Below, piece after piece: positions 49,077-58,742 of a stretch of DNA of 64,000 nucleotides. The first letter of the stretch is position 1; each line of letters starts with the position of its first letter. The notes under the pieces are model-generated. The model had not been told where the DNA came from. It ran no database searches and was given only the letters and a program-made list of their open reading frames with translations. This stretch comes from a candidate division CPR2 bacterium GW2011_GWC2_39_10 (GTDB lineage Bacteria > Patescibacteriota > CPR2), in NCBI GenBank assembly GCA_000993275.1, contig LBVV01000009.1, positions 2,897-66,896 of the forward strand, read 5' to 3'. A program made the position numbers and the translations under genes.

Positions 49077-50153
49077 ATGAATAAGAGTTTCTGGGCTTCA
49101 AAAATAGTTGTTGGTTTGTTATTTTTTATAATCTTTTTTAATTGGCCCAATTTAGCGTTTGCGGGCACCTTAACCGGTGTTTCGGTTACTTTAGGATCAG
49201 TTACCCCCAAAACCACCACAACACACACAGCCGGATTTACAACAGCCACAGAAGCAACTTTAAAGCAGGTTACTTTCCAGTGGGAAAAAGATGCCGGTGA
49301 TTCGACTAAGCCTACAAGCTTAAACTTGGTTAATATAACTATCGGATCGGTAAGCGGTTTAAATTCATCAAATTGGACATTAGATACAGCGTCTTATAAT
49401 ACGGGACTTATCAAATATAATAATTCAGATGGCGAAAGCAAGACGGCATCCAGTGCCATAAGCATGGCTTTTGACAACGTATATAATGCGGAAATAGGTG
49501 ATTGCACTGTTTCGGGGAAAATGTTTGATACTTGTCACTTAACTGTCAAAACCTACAGCGACGCCGGAATAACTTTAGTTGATAATGCCACAACGTCTTA
49601 TCAACTGGAAGACGTGCCGTCCTTAACGTACAAGGTAGAAGGTGTGGTACAAGACACTGTTACAAATAATATTACTACCACTATAGATACCGGTTATGAT
49701 GAAATTGCTTTCGGTAAGCTGGGATTAAGAGAGGTGGAGTATGGCGCCCATAAGCTGTATGTAGAAACGACTGCTGCGGATGGATATACGGTTACAATGA
49801 AATTGGATGGGTACATACAAGGGCTAAAAGCGGCCAATAAAATAGATCCGTTTGCGGCCGTAGATTGCACATGGACTACCCCTAAGTCATGGACGACGCC
49901 TACGGGAACCGCAAATAGCACCGATACGGGTTGGATTGGGGCAAATACAAGTGATACCAGAGTAAGTGGCTGGAGTACGGATTCCGGGGGTAAATTTGGT
50001 CCCGTAAGTTCTACGGCTCATGAAGTTATGAAATCGACAGGGAAAGACTATGGAACCTATAAATATGTCACCTATGCGCTAGAGGTTAACGAATATCAGC
50101 CGTACGATTCTTATGCAGGAACTTTAATTTATGAAATTACGCCCACTTACTAA
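49077..50153 (+). CDS. Secreted surface protein, WxL-like C-terminal domain; paralog 2
   Basis: Same architecture as 47537-48685: ...LTYKVEG...IAFGKL...LYVETTAADGYTVTMK...TGWIGANTSDTRVSGW...YDSYAGTLIYEITPTY. Confidence 0.55.
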   Translation: MNKSFWASKIVVGLLFFIIFFNWPNLAFAGTLTGVSVTLGSVTPKTTTTHTAGFTTATEATLKQVTFQWEKDAGDSTKPTSLNLVNITIGSVSGLNSSNWTLDTASYNTGLIKYNNSDGESKTASSAISMAFDNVYNAEIGDCTVSGKMFDTCHLTVKTYSDAGITLVDNATTSYQLEDVPSLTYKVEGVVQDTVTNNITTTIDTGYDEIAFGKLGLREVEYGAHKLYVETTAADGYTVTMKLDGYIQGLKAANKIDPFAAVDCTWTTPKSWTTPTGTANSTDTGWIGANTSDTRVSGWSTDSGGKFGPVSSTAHEVMKSTGKDYGTYKYVTYALEVNEYQPYDSYAGTLIYEITPTY

Positions 50154-51273
50154 TTTAATTATCCTTTTACTTTTATTATTGCCGGTGAAAGTTTTGGGCT
50201 TGCCGGAAGTAGCAGGATTAATGATATCTTCCGTGTCTCCCTTTGCCGGACAAACTAACGTGCCGGTAAAAATTAATGAAGGCGCAAAAATAGTTTTTGC
50301 TAACTCATCTCTAAACATTAATGAAAGCTCTTTAGAAAATAATATAATTATTCTCTCAAGTGACAGCAGCGAAAAAATGTTCGCTAAAAACTTCCAGACA
50401 CATAACAGTCAAGACCCTATAATTGATACAGTTGTTAATTTTTATTTTGGTAGGGCGGGGGATGCTTCAAGTTTAAACTGCCAGTTAAAAAACAATACAA
50501 CCTACACTGTCACCTTAAAAGGCGGCAGTAGCGGCATAAAGGGTATAGCCGATGGGTATAGCCAAATAATGGCTTCGGATTATTCTTGGTCGTTTACGAC
50601 AGGGGACGATACTTTTAGTCCTGATGTTAAAATTTTGTCCGGAAAAAATCAACCCAACGTTAATGCGCTTTTTTCTTTCGAAACAGACGAGCCAACCAAT
50701 TACGAGATAAATTATGGTTATGCGGGCGGCACACAAGCTAAATTTTCATCAAATAATTTTAAAAGCAGACACGATTTTTATATGCCGGTTTTAATGGTTG
50801 GAAAAAACTATAATTTAAAACTAACGGCAAAGGATCGACAAGGAAATACCAAGGAAGTTGATTTTATAATTGAGGTGTTAAATATTTCCAATGTTAGTAT
50901 CAAGATCGGCGAAAAATCGGCTCAAATTACTTGGCAAACTTCGCGGCCCACGGCAACAGCCATCGAATATGGCGTATCAACCAAATATGAAATAAAGAAA
51001 AATATTAATGAATCTAGGACAAGCCACCAATTAGCATTAAATGATCTTTTGCTTGGGCAAAACAAGTATCATTTTCGAATAAAGGCCGAAGAAAAATCCG
51101 GCATCTCATACTCTATTGATTATGATTTTCAAACGTTGGCGAATAATCCGACTTATTATAATGATGAAGGTTTCTGGAGGAATGTGGGCGGCGAAACGGT
51201 GTCTGATGCGGGTACGCTTGAGCTAGTAACGCCCGTTAAAGACGCGGCGCAGGCAATTGGTAAAAGGGCTTAG
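50131..51273 (+). CDS. Secreted Ig-like / FN3-like repeat protein
   Basis: Signal peptide. ISSVSPFAGQTNVPVKIN (SbsA-type Ig-like start). Later SAQITWQTSRPTATAIEYGVSTKYE (FN3-like). The start overlaps the previous gene by 23 nt. Confidence 0.55.
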   Translation: MKLRPLTNLIILLLLLLPVKVLGLPEVAGLMISSVSPFAGQTNVPVKINEGAKIVFANSSLNINESSLENNIIILSSDSSEKMFAKNFQTHNSQDPIIDTVVNFYFGRAGDASSLNCQLKNNTTYTVTLKGGSSGIKGIADGYSQIMASDYSWSFTTGDDTFSPDVKILSGKNQPNVNALFSFETDEPTNYEINYGYAGGTQAKFSSNNFKSRHDFYMPVLMVGKNYNLKLTAKDRQGNTKEVDFIIEVLNISNVSIKIGEKSAQITWQTSRPTATAIEYGVSTKYEIKKNINESRTSHQLALNDLLLGQNKYHFRIKAEEKSGISYSIDYDFQTLANNPTYYNDEGFWRNVGGETVSDAGTLELVTPVKDAAQAIGKRA

Positions 51274-51496
51274 CGATGACAAGAGCCAGCCGGCAGATAG
51301 TTTTGGTGACGTTATTCTATATATGTTACTTATTATTGGGTTAGGTTCCGTAATCTATTTAAAGCAAAAAGAACTTAGCCTCTTAGGGAAGAGGGTTTAT
51401 TCAGGGCTTCTGTCGCCTTTTAAGGCTAACAATAAACTAAATAAAACAATCGATTCAGCGATAGAAGAAGAGATAAAGAAAAAAAGGGGTCAATAG
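51257..51496 (+). CDS. Small single-TM protein, or the detached C-terminal anchor of the preceding gene
   Basis: TTG start. DVILYMLLIIGLGSVIYL TM segment followed by a basic tail. Overlaps the 50131 ORF end in a different frame. Confidence 0.35.
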   Translation: MVKGLSDDKSQPADSFGDVILYMLLIIGLGSVIYLKQKELSLLGKRVYSGLLSPFKANNKLNKTIDSAIEEEIKKKRGQ

Positions 51497-51518
51497 TTTC
51501 TTTCTAGAGAACTTCTCT

Positions 51519-51724
51519 TTCTACTTTTTGGCAGCAAAAAGATAGCAAAAACTGCCGACAAAGCTACAAAATTGGGTTAGGACTGAGTCTTGTTCACTCT
51601 CAAAAAGTCGAACTCGTCGTAACCTCCTCAAACACAACTTTTTGAGATGTTCCCTGCGACATCCGACCTCAGCTTCGCCGAAGGCGAGACGGGAGTCCAC
51701 CACAATTTTTACGCTACAGTCGGA
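51519..51724 (+). repeat. Family C intergenic element, long copy
   Basis: ttctactttttggcagcaaaaagatagcaaaaactgccgacaaagctacaaaattgg...ttcactctcaaaaagtcgaactcgtc, then a ~90-nt insertion, then tttttacgctacagtcgga. Same ends as the copies at 25287 and 31450. Confidence 0.85.
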
Positions 51725-51738
51725 AAAAATGAAATATT

Positions 51739-52923
51739 CTATATCAGACTTCGGAGTTTCTTAAAGAATCCTTTGGCTGATCTAATTTTCATTGTCAATG
51801 ACTCGGTGGTTTTGTTGCCGGCATCATCGTCAATTTCAATATCAACCTTGTATTTGCCAATGGGATACTTATCGAAAGAAAAGTTCTCGGAATCCGTTTC
51901 GTATTTGATGCCGTCAACAGTGACAAAAATTTTATTTACGCCCGAGGTAACATCCTTAACGGTATATCTTAAGTTTACGCCATCTATTGAAGCGTTCAAA
52001 TTTTCGGGAGGAATATTGTCCGTTTTAACGGCAAAGATGGTTTCCGGTCCATTTTTGTCACTTGCTATTGGGATTATATGGAAATACCATTCTCCTTCCT
52101 TAGCATCCAATTCTAAATTTGTCTGATTAGTACTACTTAAATCCGTACAGCTTTTTAATTCTTGATTTAAGCAGTATTTAAAATTTGTTACCCCCGATTC
52201 TCTTAGCCAGCCCAAATTAATTTTCTTAGAATTGTACCAATGGTTAGTGTCCGGATGGGTGGTTGAAAAAATCGTAATTTTTTGAAGTTGTCCGGGTAAT
52301 TTGTTCGACTTTATCTTAGAAACTATATAATCGCCGGACGCCGTTTGTCCTTTTATGGTGGTGGAGAAGTTTTCCTTATTTTTTATAAAAGTATCGCTTT
52401 CAACCAGCTTTATGTTGGCCGTGCCGGGATTATAGTACTTAAAAGTTATGGAAGCAATTTCAAAAGCCGGTGCTTTTGAAACGAAATTATCGGGTGGCAG
52501 GCAAGTGATATTTACAAAGCCGATGTCATTATCAAAATGCCGATTAAAAACAGTTTTGCAAACGGAGGAAGATAAATCTATGGATTCGGCAATTATGATA
52601 TCTTTTGAAAACTGTATTTTTGCCTGAATAGCCGTAACGGTCAAATTGGAGTTGGTTGAAGCTAGTAATTTAACAGTTGATTTTTCGTTCTCATCGATAA
52701 AGCTTCGTCCAACATTAAAAAACATTTTAGGGTTATTCCTTGCAGGATCGCTACTTCCTATTTCTTCCAAATTTTTTTGCTGGGCATCGTATATCTGATT
52801 AAAAACCGGAAAACAAATTAGCGTTAATATAAAGATTGACATAAAAGCCCATAAAATATGAAAAGAAGGTTTTTTCACCTTTGGCGTTAATCTTGTAATA
52901 ATTTTTGTAAGTATTTTTTTCAA
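51739..52923 (-). CDS. Membrane-anchored cohesin-like domain protein
   Basis: N-terminal TM. LTVTAIQAKIQFSKDIIIAESIDLSSSVCKTVF...GFVNITC...EIASITFKYYNPGTANIKL (cohesin-like pattern). Then a STTHPDTNHWYNSKK module and an Ig-like C-terminus. Confidence 0.55.
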   Translation of the reverse strand: MKKILTKIITRLTPKVKKPSFHILWAFMSIFILTLICFPVFNQIYDAQQKNLEEIGSSDPARNNPKMFFNVGRSFIDENEKSTVKLLASTNSNLTVTAIQAKIQFSKDIIIAESIDLSSSVCKTVFNRHFDNDIGFVNITCLPPDNFVSKAPAFEIASITFKYYNPGTANIKLVESDTFIKNKENFSTTIKGQTASGDYIVSKIKSNKLPGQLQKITIFSTTHPDTNHWYNSKKINLGWLRESGVTNFKYCLNQELKSCTDLSSTNQTNLELDAKEGEWYFHIIPIASDKNGPETIFAVKTDNIPPENLNASIDGVNLRYTVKDVTSGVNKIFVTVDGIKYETDSENFSFDKYPIGKYKVDIEIDDDAGNKTTESLTMKIRSAKGFFKKLRSLI

Positions 52924-52924
52924 T

Positions 52925-54133
52925 TTACATCCTTATAAACTTTTCTTTGTAAGCAAAGATTGTAAGTGCCAAAGTGCTTAAGATTGTTAGTATTAGCCAT
53001 GCTTGGACACTCACATAATTATTTCCCAAAAAAGACACCGTTATGATATTACCGGCACTTTTATCGCCTGCGTCTTTTATAGTTGAAGAATATACAGTAT
53101 ATATTTGCCCGCCTTTTGCAATTACCGCTCCTTCATTTTTTGAGGATAAGGGCGTAAAATTTTGAGAGGCGAAAAATCGAAGAATATCTTTTGAGTCGCT
53201 ATAGTACCCATAAATCTTGCCGTCAGTTAAAAACCCGACATTAATATGTGTTTTGTTGTGCAAGCTTTTTGATAGCTTGTCATTAAAAAGGTATCCTCCA
53301 AAGATTGCGCCAATAATTTTGCCATCTTTTATAATGGGAGTGCCGGCAGTATTAGAGAGTAAGCCATCGGAACTTCTTTCAATACTGTTGGCGGGCTTAC
53401 CTTCGAGGATTTCTTTTGCAAAGGGGTTGGAATTTAAAATATTGTCTCCAAAAGATGCGGGTTTATGCGCGCGCACTAAAACATACCCCAACTCATTGGT
53501 TATTGTAAGCGAGGACAAATCGTTTTGTAGCATTTTAGTTTGAGAATAGGTAGATAGCTCAGAAGTTTTGTTTGATGCAATATAAGCACTAATTACAGGG
53601 TCTTCGGCGATGGTTTTTGTCTTTTTTGCCGCCACATCTTTGGCAGCGCTTATTTCGTTATCTATTGTTTGGTTTTGACTTTTGGCCTTTAAAATAGAGT
53701 TTCGTATAAATTTATCATTAAGAGCAGATTCTATAAACGGCAAAATAGCTATAAAAAATATCCCGACAATATAGATATATTTTAAAGTGTCCATGTCTTT
53801 TTTTTCTAAACGTACAGTCAATTTATTTTTTTGTACGATAAAATAAATAATAGCAATTAACGGAAATATCGTCAGCCAAAACCAGCTCACCCTTAGGGTT
53901 AAAAAGAAAAAAACAAATCCTAATAACACGTATGAGCCTCCAATGAAATGCTTCTTCCTGGATTTCTGTTTAAATCCGTCAAAAACAAAAATTGTGGCGA
54001 TGGAAATAGCCGTAAGGAGGAAAAAGCCGGCGAAAATTATAGAGCCAAAACTAACAATTGCCGGCAAAACGGCAAGCGAAAAAATTACTTCAAACGGGTG
54101 GCGAATTAAAAATTGAATAATTTTTTGAACCAT
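52925..54133 (-). CDS. Multi-TM protein with extracytoplasmic Cache/PDC-like domain (tentative), no output domain
   Basis: Four N-terminal TM segments, a ~230-aa external domain (GYVLVRAHKP...PIIKDGKIIGAIFGGYLF...) and a C-terminal TM. The fold call is tentative. Confidence 0.35.
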   Translation of the reverse strand: MVQKIIQFLIRHPFEVIFSLAVLPAIVSFGSIIFAGFFLLTAISIATIFVFDGFKQKSRKKHFIGGSYVLLGFVFFFLTLRVSWFWLTIFPLIAIIYFIVQKNKLTVRLEKKDMDTLKYIYIVGIFFIAILPFIESALNDKFIRNSILKAKSQNQTIDNEISAAKDVAAKKTKTIAEDPVISAYIASNKTSELSTYSQTKMLQNDLSSLTITNELGYVLVRAHKPASFGDNILNSNPFAKEILEGKPANSIERSSDGLLSNTAGTPIIKDGKIIGAIFGGYLFNDKLSKSLHNKTHINVGFLTDGKIYGYYSDSKDILRFFASQNFTPLSSKNEGAVIAKGGQIYTVYSSTIKDAGDKSAGNIITVSFLGNNYVSVQAWLILTILSTLALTIFAYKEKFIRM

Positions 54134-54135
54134 GT

Positions 54136-56079
54136 TTATCTGTTAGAAGAATTATTTGATGAATAATTTTTTGAAATAAACTCTATCGAATTTATCATTT
54201 CCTGAACTCTTTTTTCGTCATCAGAATTTTCGCCCGGTAAGTAGGTGCGATACCATATGCGGTAAATATGCTGGTTGAACTTTGCAATAAAATAGTTTCC
54301 TTTGACGGCCAAATCTTCTTGAAGGACTAATTTGATAGCAGGTACTCCCTTAATAACAACTTTCTCCACACCATATTTAGCAGTCATTTTTGAGGAGGCA
54401 AAGAAGTCATCTAGCGATTTAGCGTATTCAATTCTGTCTATGCTCATCAAATATCCGTCTTGTCTTAAAAACCAAATGTTTTCGCTGCCCATTGGTTTTA
54501 ACCTATGGCTTGTATTTTGAGGGTAAGTTACGGTGATGCCATAATCGGTATCTTTGTATACTTGCCAAATTGTTTTATCAAAGGGTACTTCGGCAAAAGC
54601 TTCTTTGTATCTTTTTTCGGGATCGGTGGCGGCCATGCCGTAGGGGTCTGTTTTATTTGTGCCGCTATTTGTTGTTTGCACACCTTTAACCTGGGCAACG
54701 TACATTTCGGTTGTTTTTTTGGCGTTTCTGACCTGATAAATGAAGCCGGCGGCAAAGATTGCCAAAAGAAAAACAGCTGCCTTAATAAAGGGTATTCCGC
54801 CCGTAGCTTCCACTTTATCAGCTTCAATTTCGTTTGTGGTTACAGCTGCTTTTGTGTCCGCTTTTTTATTTTTTCTGTTTTTTGATTTTTCAAAAATTAA
54901 CGTAAATAGCTTAAGTACCAATTTGAAAGGAAGCATGATCAAAGCAAGAATTTTTTTAACAATTCCTTTTTTGGGTTTATCTTTTTCAGGCGCAGTGTTA
55001 GTTGCAGCCGAGCTTGGTATATCAACCGGATTGACGCCGGCTTGTATGAGTATTTTATTAATGCTTTCGGCGGCGGCCAGGTCTGTAGCGCTTGTATCAG
55101 TATCAGCGGGCTTTACATCATTTGAAATAACCGCCGGCGCAGTATCGGGAGACTTCTCTTTATCCGTTTCTGTTTTTGTGCCAGCTGCCAGATCGATTAT
55201 ATTTGTAGTAGTATCTTTCGATGCCTCTTCTGCCGGTTTTGGCGCATCATCCGAGATTTCAATTGCAGAAGCTTCTTTTTCCAAATTTAGCAGTTCTTGT
55301 TTTATCCGGTCAAAATCACTAAAATCCTCTTCCACAACATCCGCACCCATGTCAACAACATTTACTGGTATTTGCGCTTGTTTTTCCTCGCCTGTAACCG
55401 CTGTTTCTTCTCCGATAGTACTTTTCGTTTCTTCACCTATGGTAGATTCCTTTATGGCAGTTTCTTCATTCTTTTCCGGATTCTTGGTAGGTTCGTTTTG
55501 AACGGAAGAAAATAAGGCTTTTGTCTCCTCGATGCTATCTTTTTTAACTTCTACGCTGCCGGGTGTCGTATCTAAATGCTCTGTATTGTTCTTAATCTTA
55601 CTGTCCTCCAAGACCTTTAAAGATTCCATTATTCTGGTCTGGAATTCTTCGGCTTGTTTGGAAACATTGCTTTTTAAGCTTCCGATAACTGATTTTAAGC
55701 CGTCCATTTCACTTTGGTATGCGGAAATTTTTTCTTTAAGTTCTTGGTTCTCTTTTTGCAGGTTCGATATATTTAGAGCTTCTTTTTCGCTTTCTTCCTT
55801 GGTTTTTATATCTTCTTTCTTTTTTAGGTCCTCGAGGTCTACTTTCATTTTATTTAATTCTTCAAAAGTTTCCTGAGCTTTTTTCAACTTATCCTGAATA
55901 GCCAAAATTTGAGCATCTAAATTGCTAGCTCCTTTTGTGTTTTTGCCCTCGGTAGCTGCACTGGTTGTGCTCGTTTTGTGGTTTCCCTCTTCTATTTTTT
56001 CTTCGGTTTTATGTTCCGGCATATATAATATATTTAACAGTTTGGGCAAGCCTTTGTAAAGACATTTTAATAAATTCAT
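54136..56079 (-). CDS. Large coiled-coil / acidic low-complexity membrane protein
   Basis: 647 aa. Heptad-rich N-terminal third, E/T/A-rich linker, TM (FIKAAVFLLAIFAAGFIY), ~190-aa C-terminal globular part. The true start may be the internal MPEHK. Confidence 0.5.
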   Translation of the reverse strand: MNLLKCLYKGLPKLLNILYMPEHKTEEKIEEGNHKTSTTSAATEGKNTKGASNLDAQILAIQDKLKKAQETFEELNKMKVDLEDLKKKEDIKTKEESEKEALNISNLQKENQELKEKISAYQSEMDGLKSVIGSLKSNVSKQAEEFQTRIMESLKVLEDSKIKNNTEHLDTTPGSVEVKKDSIEETKALFSSVQNEPTKNPEKNEETAIKESTIGEETKSTIGEETAVTGEEKQAQIPVNVVDMGADVVEEDFSDFDRIKQELLNLEKEASAIEISDDAPKPAEEASKDTTTNIIDLAAGTKTETDKEKSPDTAPAVISNDVKPADTDTSATDLAAAESINKILIQAGVNPVDIPSSAATNTAPEKDKPKKGIVKKILALIMLPFKLVLKLFTLIFEKSKNRKNKKADTKAAVTTNEIEADKVEATGGIPFIKAAVFLLAIFAAGFIYQVRNAKKTTEMYVAQVKGVQTTNSGTNKTDPYGMAATDPEKRYKEAFAEVPFDKTIWQVYKDTDYGITVTYPQNTSHRLKPMGSENIWFLRQDGYLMSIDRIEYAKSLDDFFASSKMTAKYGVEKVVIKGVPAIKLVLQEDLAVKGNYFIAKFNQHIYRIWYRTYLPGENSDDEKRVQEMINSIEFISKNYSSNNSSNR

Positions 56080-56108
56080 GAATTAAAATATGTACCCCTT
56101 GAATCTGT

Positions 56109-56137
56109 TTGACTTTAACGTGCTTATGTTGTATATT
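56109..56137 (+). promoter_or_regulatory. Sigma70-type promoter for the second DUF916-like gene
   Basis: ttgact (56109-56114), 17-nt spacer, tatatt (56132-56137). Confidence 0.5.
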
Positions 56138-56190
56138 GCCCTTAGTATTTTTTAATAAATTGATATTCATTTTCTTTAAAGGAGAAAATT

Positions 56191-57129
56191 ATGGTTAAGA
56201 AAGTGCTGTTTTTTGGTGCTAGTGTTGTCCTTGCATTTATTGTTACTTTTGTTCCGACAAAAATTAAAGCCGCGGATACGCCGGCTACGGGATCTGTTAC
56301 TGTTGTGCCGCCTCGATTTGAATTATTTGGAAATCCCGGCGAAGATGTGCCGAACCAGGCTTTAAAAGTTACAAATGAGTCGACTGTCGAAGGAAGCTTC
56401 ATGGTGGATATGGAAGATTTTAAGGCTGTTGGAGAGGACGGAAACGTCAATTTGATGGAGCAGAATTCTGACATCACTTATTCTCTTGCCAAGTGGATTA
56501 CCGTTAACCCCAGCTCGTTTACTTTAAAACCAAAAGAAACAAAAATCATTAATTTTTCAGTCAGCATCCCTAAAAATGCCGAACCGGGCGGAAGGTACGC
56601 CAGTATTATTGTTAATATGGGCGGCCAAGTTAAGGTAGAGGGTGGTGCTGTCGTTGCTCCCAGGGTTGTATCTTTAGTACTTTTAAGGGTTTCCGGTAAT
56701 GTTAAGGAAGAAGCCTCGGTGGAATCATTCACGGCGCCACAGTATTCGGAAAAAGCGCCGGTAAAATTTGACCTCAGAATGAAAAATTCCGGCCGAAATC
56801 ATATAAAACCGAAAGGCACCATTATTATTACTAATCTTTTGGGACAAAAGGTAGATGAAATTCAGCTAAGCGGCGAAAACGTTTTGCCCGGGGCCATAAG
56901 GAAAATGACTACGGAATGGAAAACAAATAAGTTTTTAGCCGGTCGTTACACTGCCACTTTGGTTGCTACTTACGGCGAAAAAAATGATAAGCCGTTATCA
57001 ACAACTGTTTCTTTTTTTGTAATGACTAAATCAACAGCTTACACACTGGGTATTGGTACGGTCGCCCTTGCCCTTGCCTTTGTTAAAAGAAAGTCACTTA
57101 GAAAGACTTTACATAATTTGACTAAATAA
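56191..57129 (+). CDS. Surface protein, DUF916/DUF3324-like (CscA-like), C-terminal TM anchor; paralog 2
   Basis: 312 aa, collinear with 37263-38201 (VTVVPPRFELFGNPGEDV...SIPKNAEPGGRYASIIVNMGG...MKNSGRNHIKPKGTIIITN...LAGRYTATLVATYG). Confidence 0.6.
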   Translation: MVKKVLFFGASVVLAFIVTFVPTKIKAADTPATGSVTVVPPRFELFGNPGEDVPNQALKVTNESTVEGSFMVDMEDFKAVGEDGNVNLMEQNSDITYSLAKWITVNPSSFTLKPKETKIINFSVSIPKNAEPGGRYASIIVNMGGQVKVEGGAVVAPRVVSLVLLRVSGNVKEEASVESFTAPQYSEKAPVKFDLRMKNSGRNHIKPKGTIIITNLLGQKVDEIQLSGENVLPGAIRKMTTEWKTNKFLAGRYTATLVATYGEKNDKPLSTTVSFFVMTKSTAYTLGIGTVALALAFVKRKSLRKTLHNLTK

Positions 57130-57148
57130 TCTTTAAATAGAGTTTGCA

Positions 57149-57706
57149 TTGAGAGAGAAAATTAAAAAAGTTGCGTCAAAAAAAGAATTTTTAATTGCTG
57201 CTTTTTTAGTTTCTCTTTTAGTCGTAATTTATTTTAAAAATAATCCCCCCAAAAGGGTTGATTGGAACATGGTTTCTTGGGGGAAAAGTCCGGCTTCTTT
57301 AATAATTATCGGTCCAAGTGAAATACCGGGAGCCGGAACTCCTTTTAAGATAAGCTTAGATCTTGATACCAACGAGTACTTGATAAACGCCATTCAGGCT
57401 AATATTGAGTATGATCCAGCGGTTTTAGAGGCTCTGAAATTGGATACCACCGATTCCTTTTGCAAACTCTATATAGAAAACAAATATCAAAACGAAAAAG
57501 GTCTTGTGAAAGTTGCCTGCGGCTTGCCGTCCCCCGGATTTAAAGGTAAAAACAGAGTTTTAACAATAGATTTTATTGCAAAGTCTTTTTCAAATACTAC
57601 AATAAGAGTAAGAGAAGATAGCATGATAATGGCTAATGGAAAAAAAGGAATCAATATATTAAAGAATTTTGATTCCAAGATAATTAGGGTGAGGGTTGCT
57701 GTTTGA
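57149..57706 (+). CDS. Small membrane-anchored cohesin-like protein
   Basis: TTG start, N-terminal TM. FKISLDLDTNEYLINAIQANIEYDPAVLEALKLDTTDSFCKLY...GLVKVACGLP...VLTIDFIAKSFSNTTIRV. Confidence 0.55.
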   Translation: MREKIKKVASKKEFLIAAFLVSLLVVIYFKNNPPKRVDWNMVSWGKSPASLIIIGPSEIPGAGTPFKISLDLDTNEYLINAIQANIEYDPAVLEALKLDTTDSFCKLYIENKYQNEKGLVKVACGLPSPGFKGKNRVLTIDFIAKSFSNTTIRVREDSMIMANGKKGINILKNFDSKIIRVRVAV

Positions 57707-58740
57707 TGAAAAATAAAAAAATAATTTTTTATCTTATAATTTGTGTTATAAATGCGCTTTTTTTGTTGCCGGGAAAAGCTAGTGCGGCCAAAATAGTATA
57801 TTTGACTTCCGCAAACAATACCGTGGAAACCGGCAAGGCTATTAAATATGAATTACGAATTAATACTGATGCTGAAAAAATAAATGCGGTCCAAGTCAAA
57901 ATTAATTTTCCAACGGAAATATTAGAAGGTTTGCAGCCGGAGCAAAGCGGATCGTTCTGTAATAGATGGATAGAAAGCTCGTCGACTACTCTGGCCTGTG
58001 GCGTTACCGGTACTCAAGGGTTTTCCGGAGATGGACTAATAGCCAAGTTGGTTTTTAAGGGGAAAAATCCGGGCGAAGCTTCTATAACCTTAAATGATAT
58101 TTGGGTGACTTTTAACGGCACGGTTTTGAATAATTACGGTCAAGGTTCTGCCCAGCTTACGGTTTTTGGTGAAGGTCAAACTCCAACACCAACAAGGCAG
58201 CCTATCATAACTCCCACACCAATCCCATCCTCGGCAATTACTCCTCCTCCCGTATCAGGGAATACTTCCGGTGTCACTGATAATTCAGGCGGCCAATCTT
58301 TTTCCGGAAGCGAACCTAAGGTTCAGGGACAAGGAGGAACAACACCCGAAGAACCGCTGGCTAAGCAAACGCCCGCCGATGTTGAAATTACGGTTTCACA
58401 GAATCCATCAACTGCCACAAGCGGTATATTAGTTAAGGATTTTTTTTCCGATAACAAGAAAGCCTTGTTTGGCTTTTTCCCAACCCTTTTGCTTTTAGCG
58501 CTTGTTGTTCATTTGGCAATCAAACTCTATTTTACGGAGAAAAGAAGAAAAATGGAGCTGGAAAAACTTTACGAGGAACAGCTGGGCGCATTGTCTGCTT
58601 TGGAGAGCAAACTAGATCTTCTTGATCAAAAGGGAGAGCAGGGCAGAGAGGCTTTCGAACAAGGATTTAAAGATGCTAAATCTCAAATACTAAATCAAGC
58701 TAACCCAACGCTTCAGGGTGGGACCGGACCTGCTCAGTAA
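57706..58740 (+). CDS. Cohesin-like domain protein with P/T linker, TM anchor and cytoplasmic coiled coil
   Basis: Signal peptide. AIKYELRINTDAEKINAVQVKINFPTEILEGL...LIAKLVFKGKNPGEASITL. PTPTPTRQPIITPTPIP linker. TM LLLLALVVHLAIKLYF. Confidence 0.55.
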   Translation: MKNKKIIFYLIICVINALFLLPGKASAAKIVYLTSANNTVETGKAIKYELRINTDAEKINAVQVKINFPTEILEGLQPEQSGSFCNRWIESSSTTLACGVTGTQGFSGDGLIAKLVFKGKNPGEASITLNDIWVTFNGTVLNNYGQGSAQLTVFGEGQTPTPTRQPIITPTPIPSSAITPPPVSGNTSGVTDNSGGQSFSGSEPKVQGQGGTTPEEPLAKQTPADVEITVSQNPSTATSGILVKDFFSDNKKALFGFFPTLLLLALVVHLAIKLYFTEKRRKMELEKLYEEQLGALSALESKLDLLDQKGEQGREAFEQGFKDAKSQILNQANPTLQGGTGPAQ

Positions 58741-58742
58741 AA

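Noticed and set aside
51647-52126. 159-aa plus-strand ORF overlapping the 3' end of the cohesin-like gene and the family C repeat.
   Set aside because: It starts inside a repeat element and runs antisense to a better-supported gene. No motifs are present.
54740-55501. 253-aa plus-strand ORF (and neighbours 54505-54885, 55532-55876) opposite the 647-aa coiled-coil gene.
   Set aside because: It is an antisense reading of an E/K/T/A-rich low-complexity gene. The S/F/A-rich product has no start context. The minus-strand ORF is longer and has TM and domain structure.
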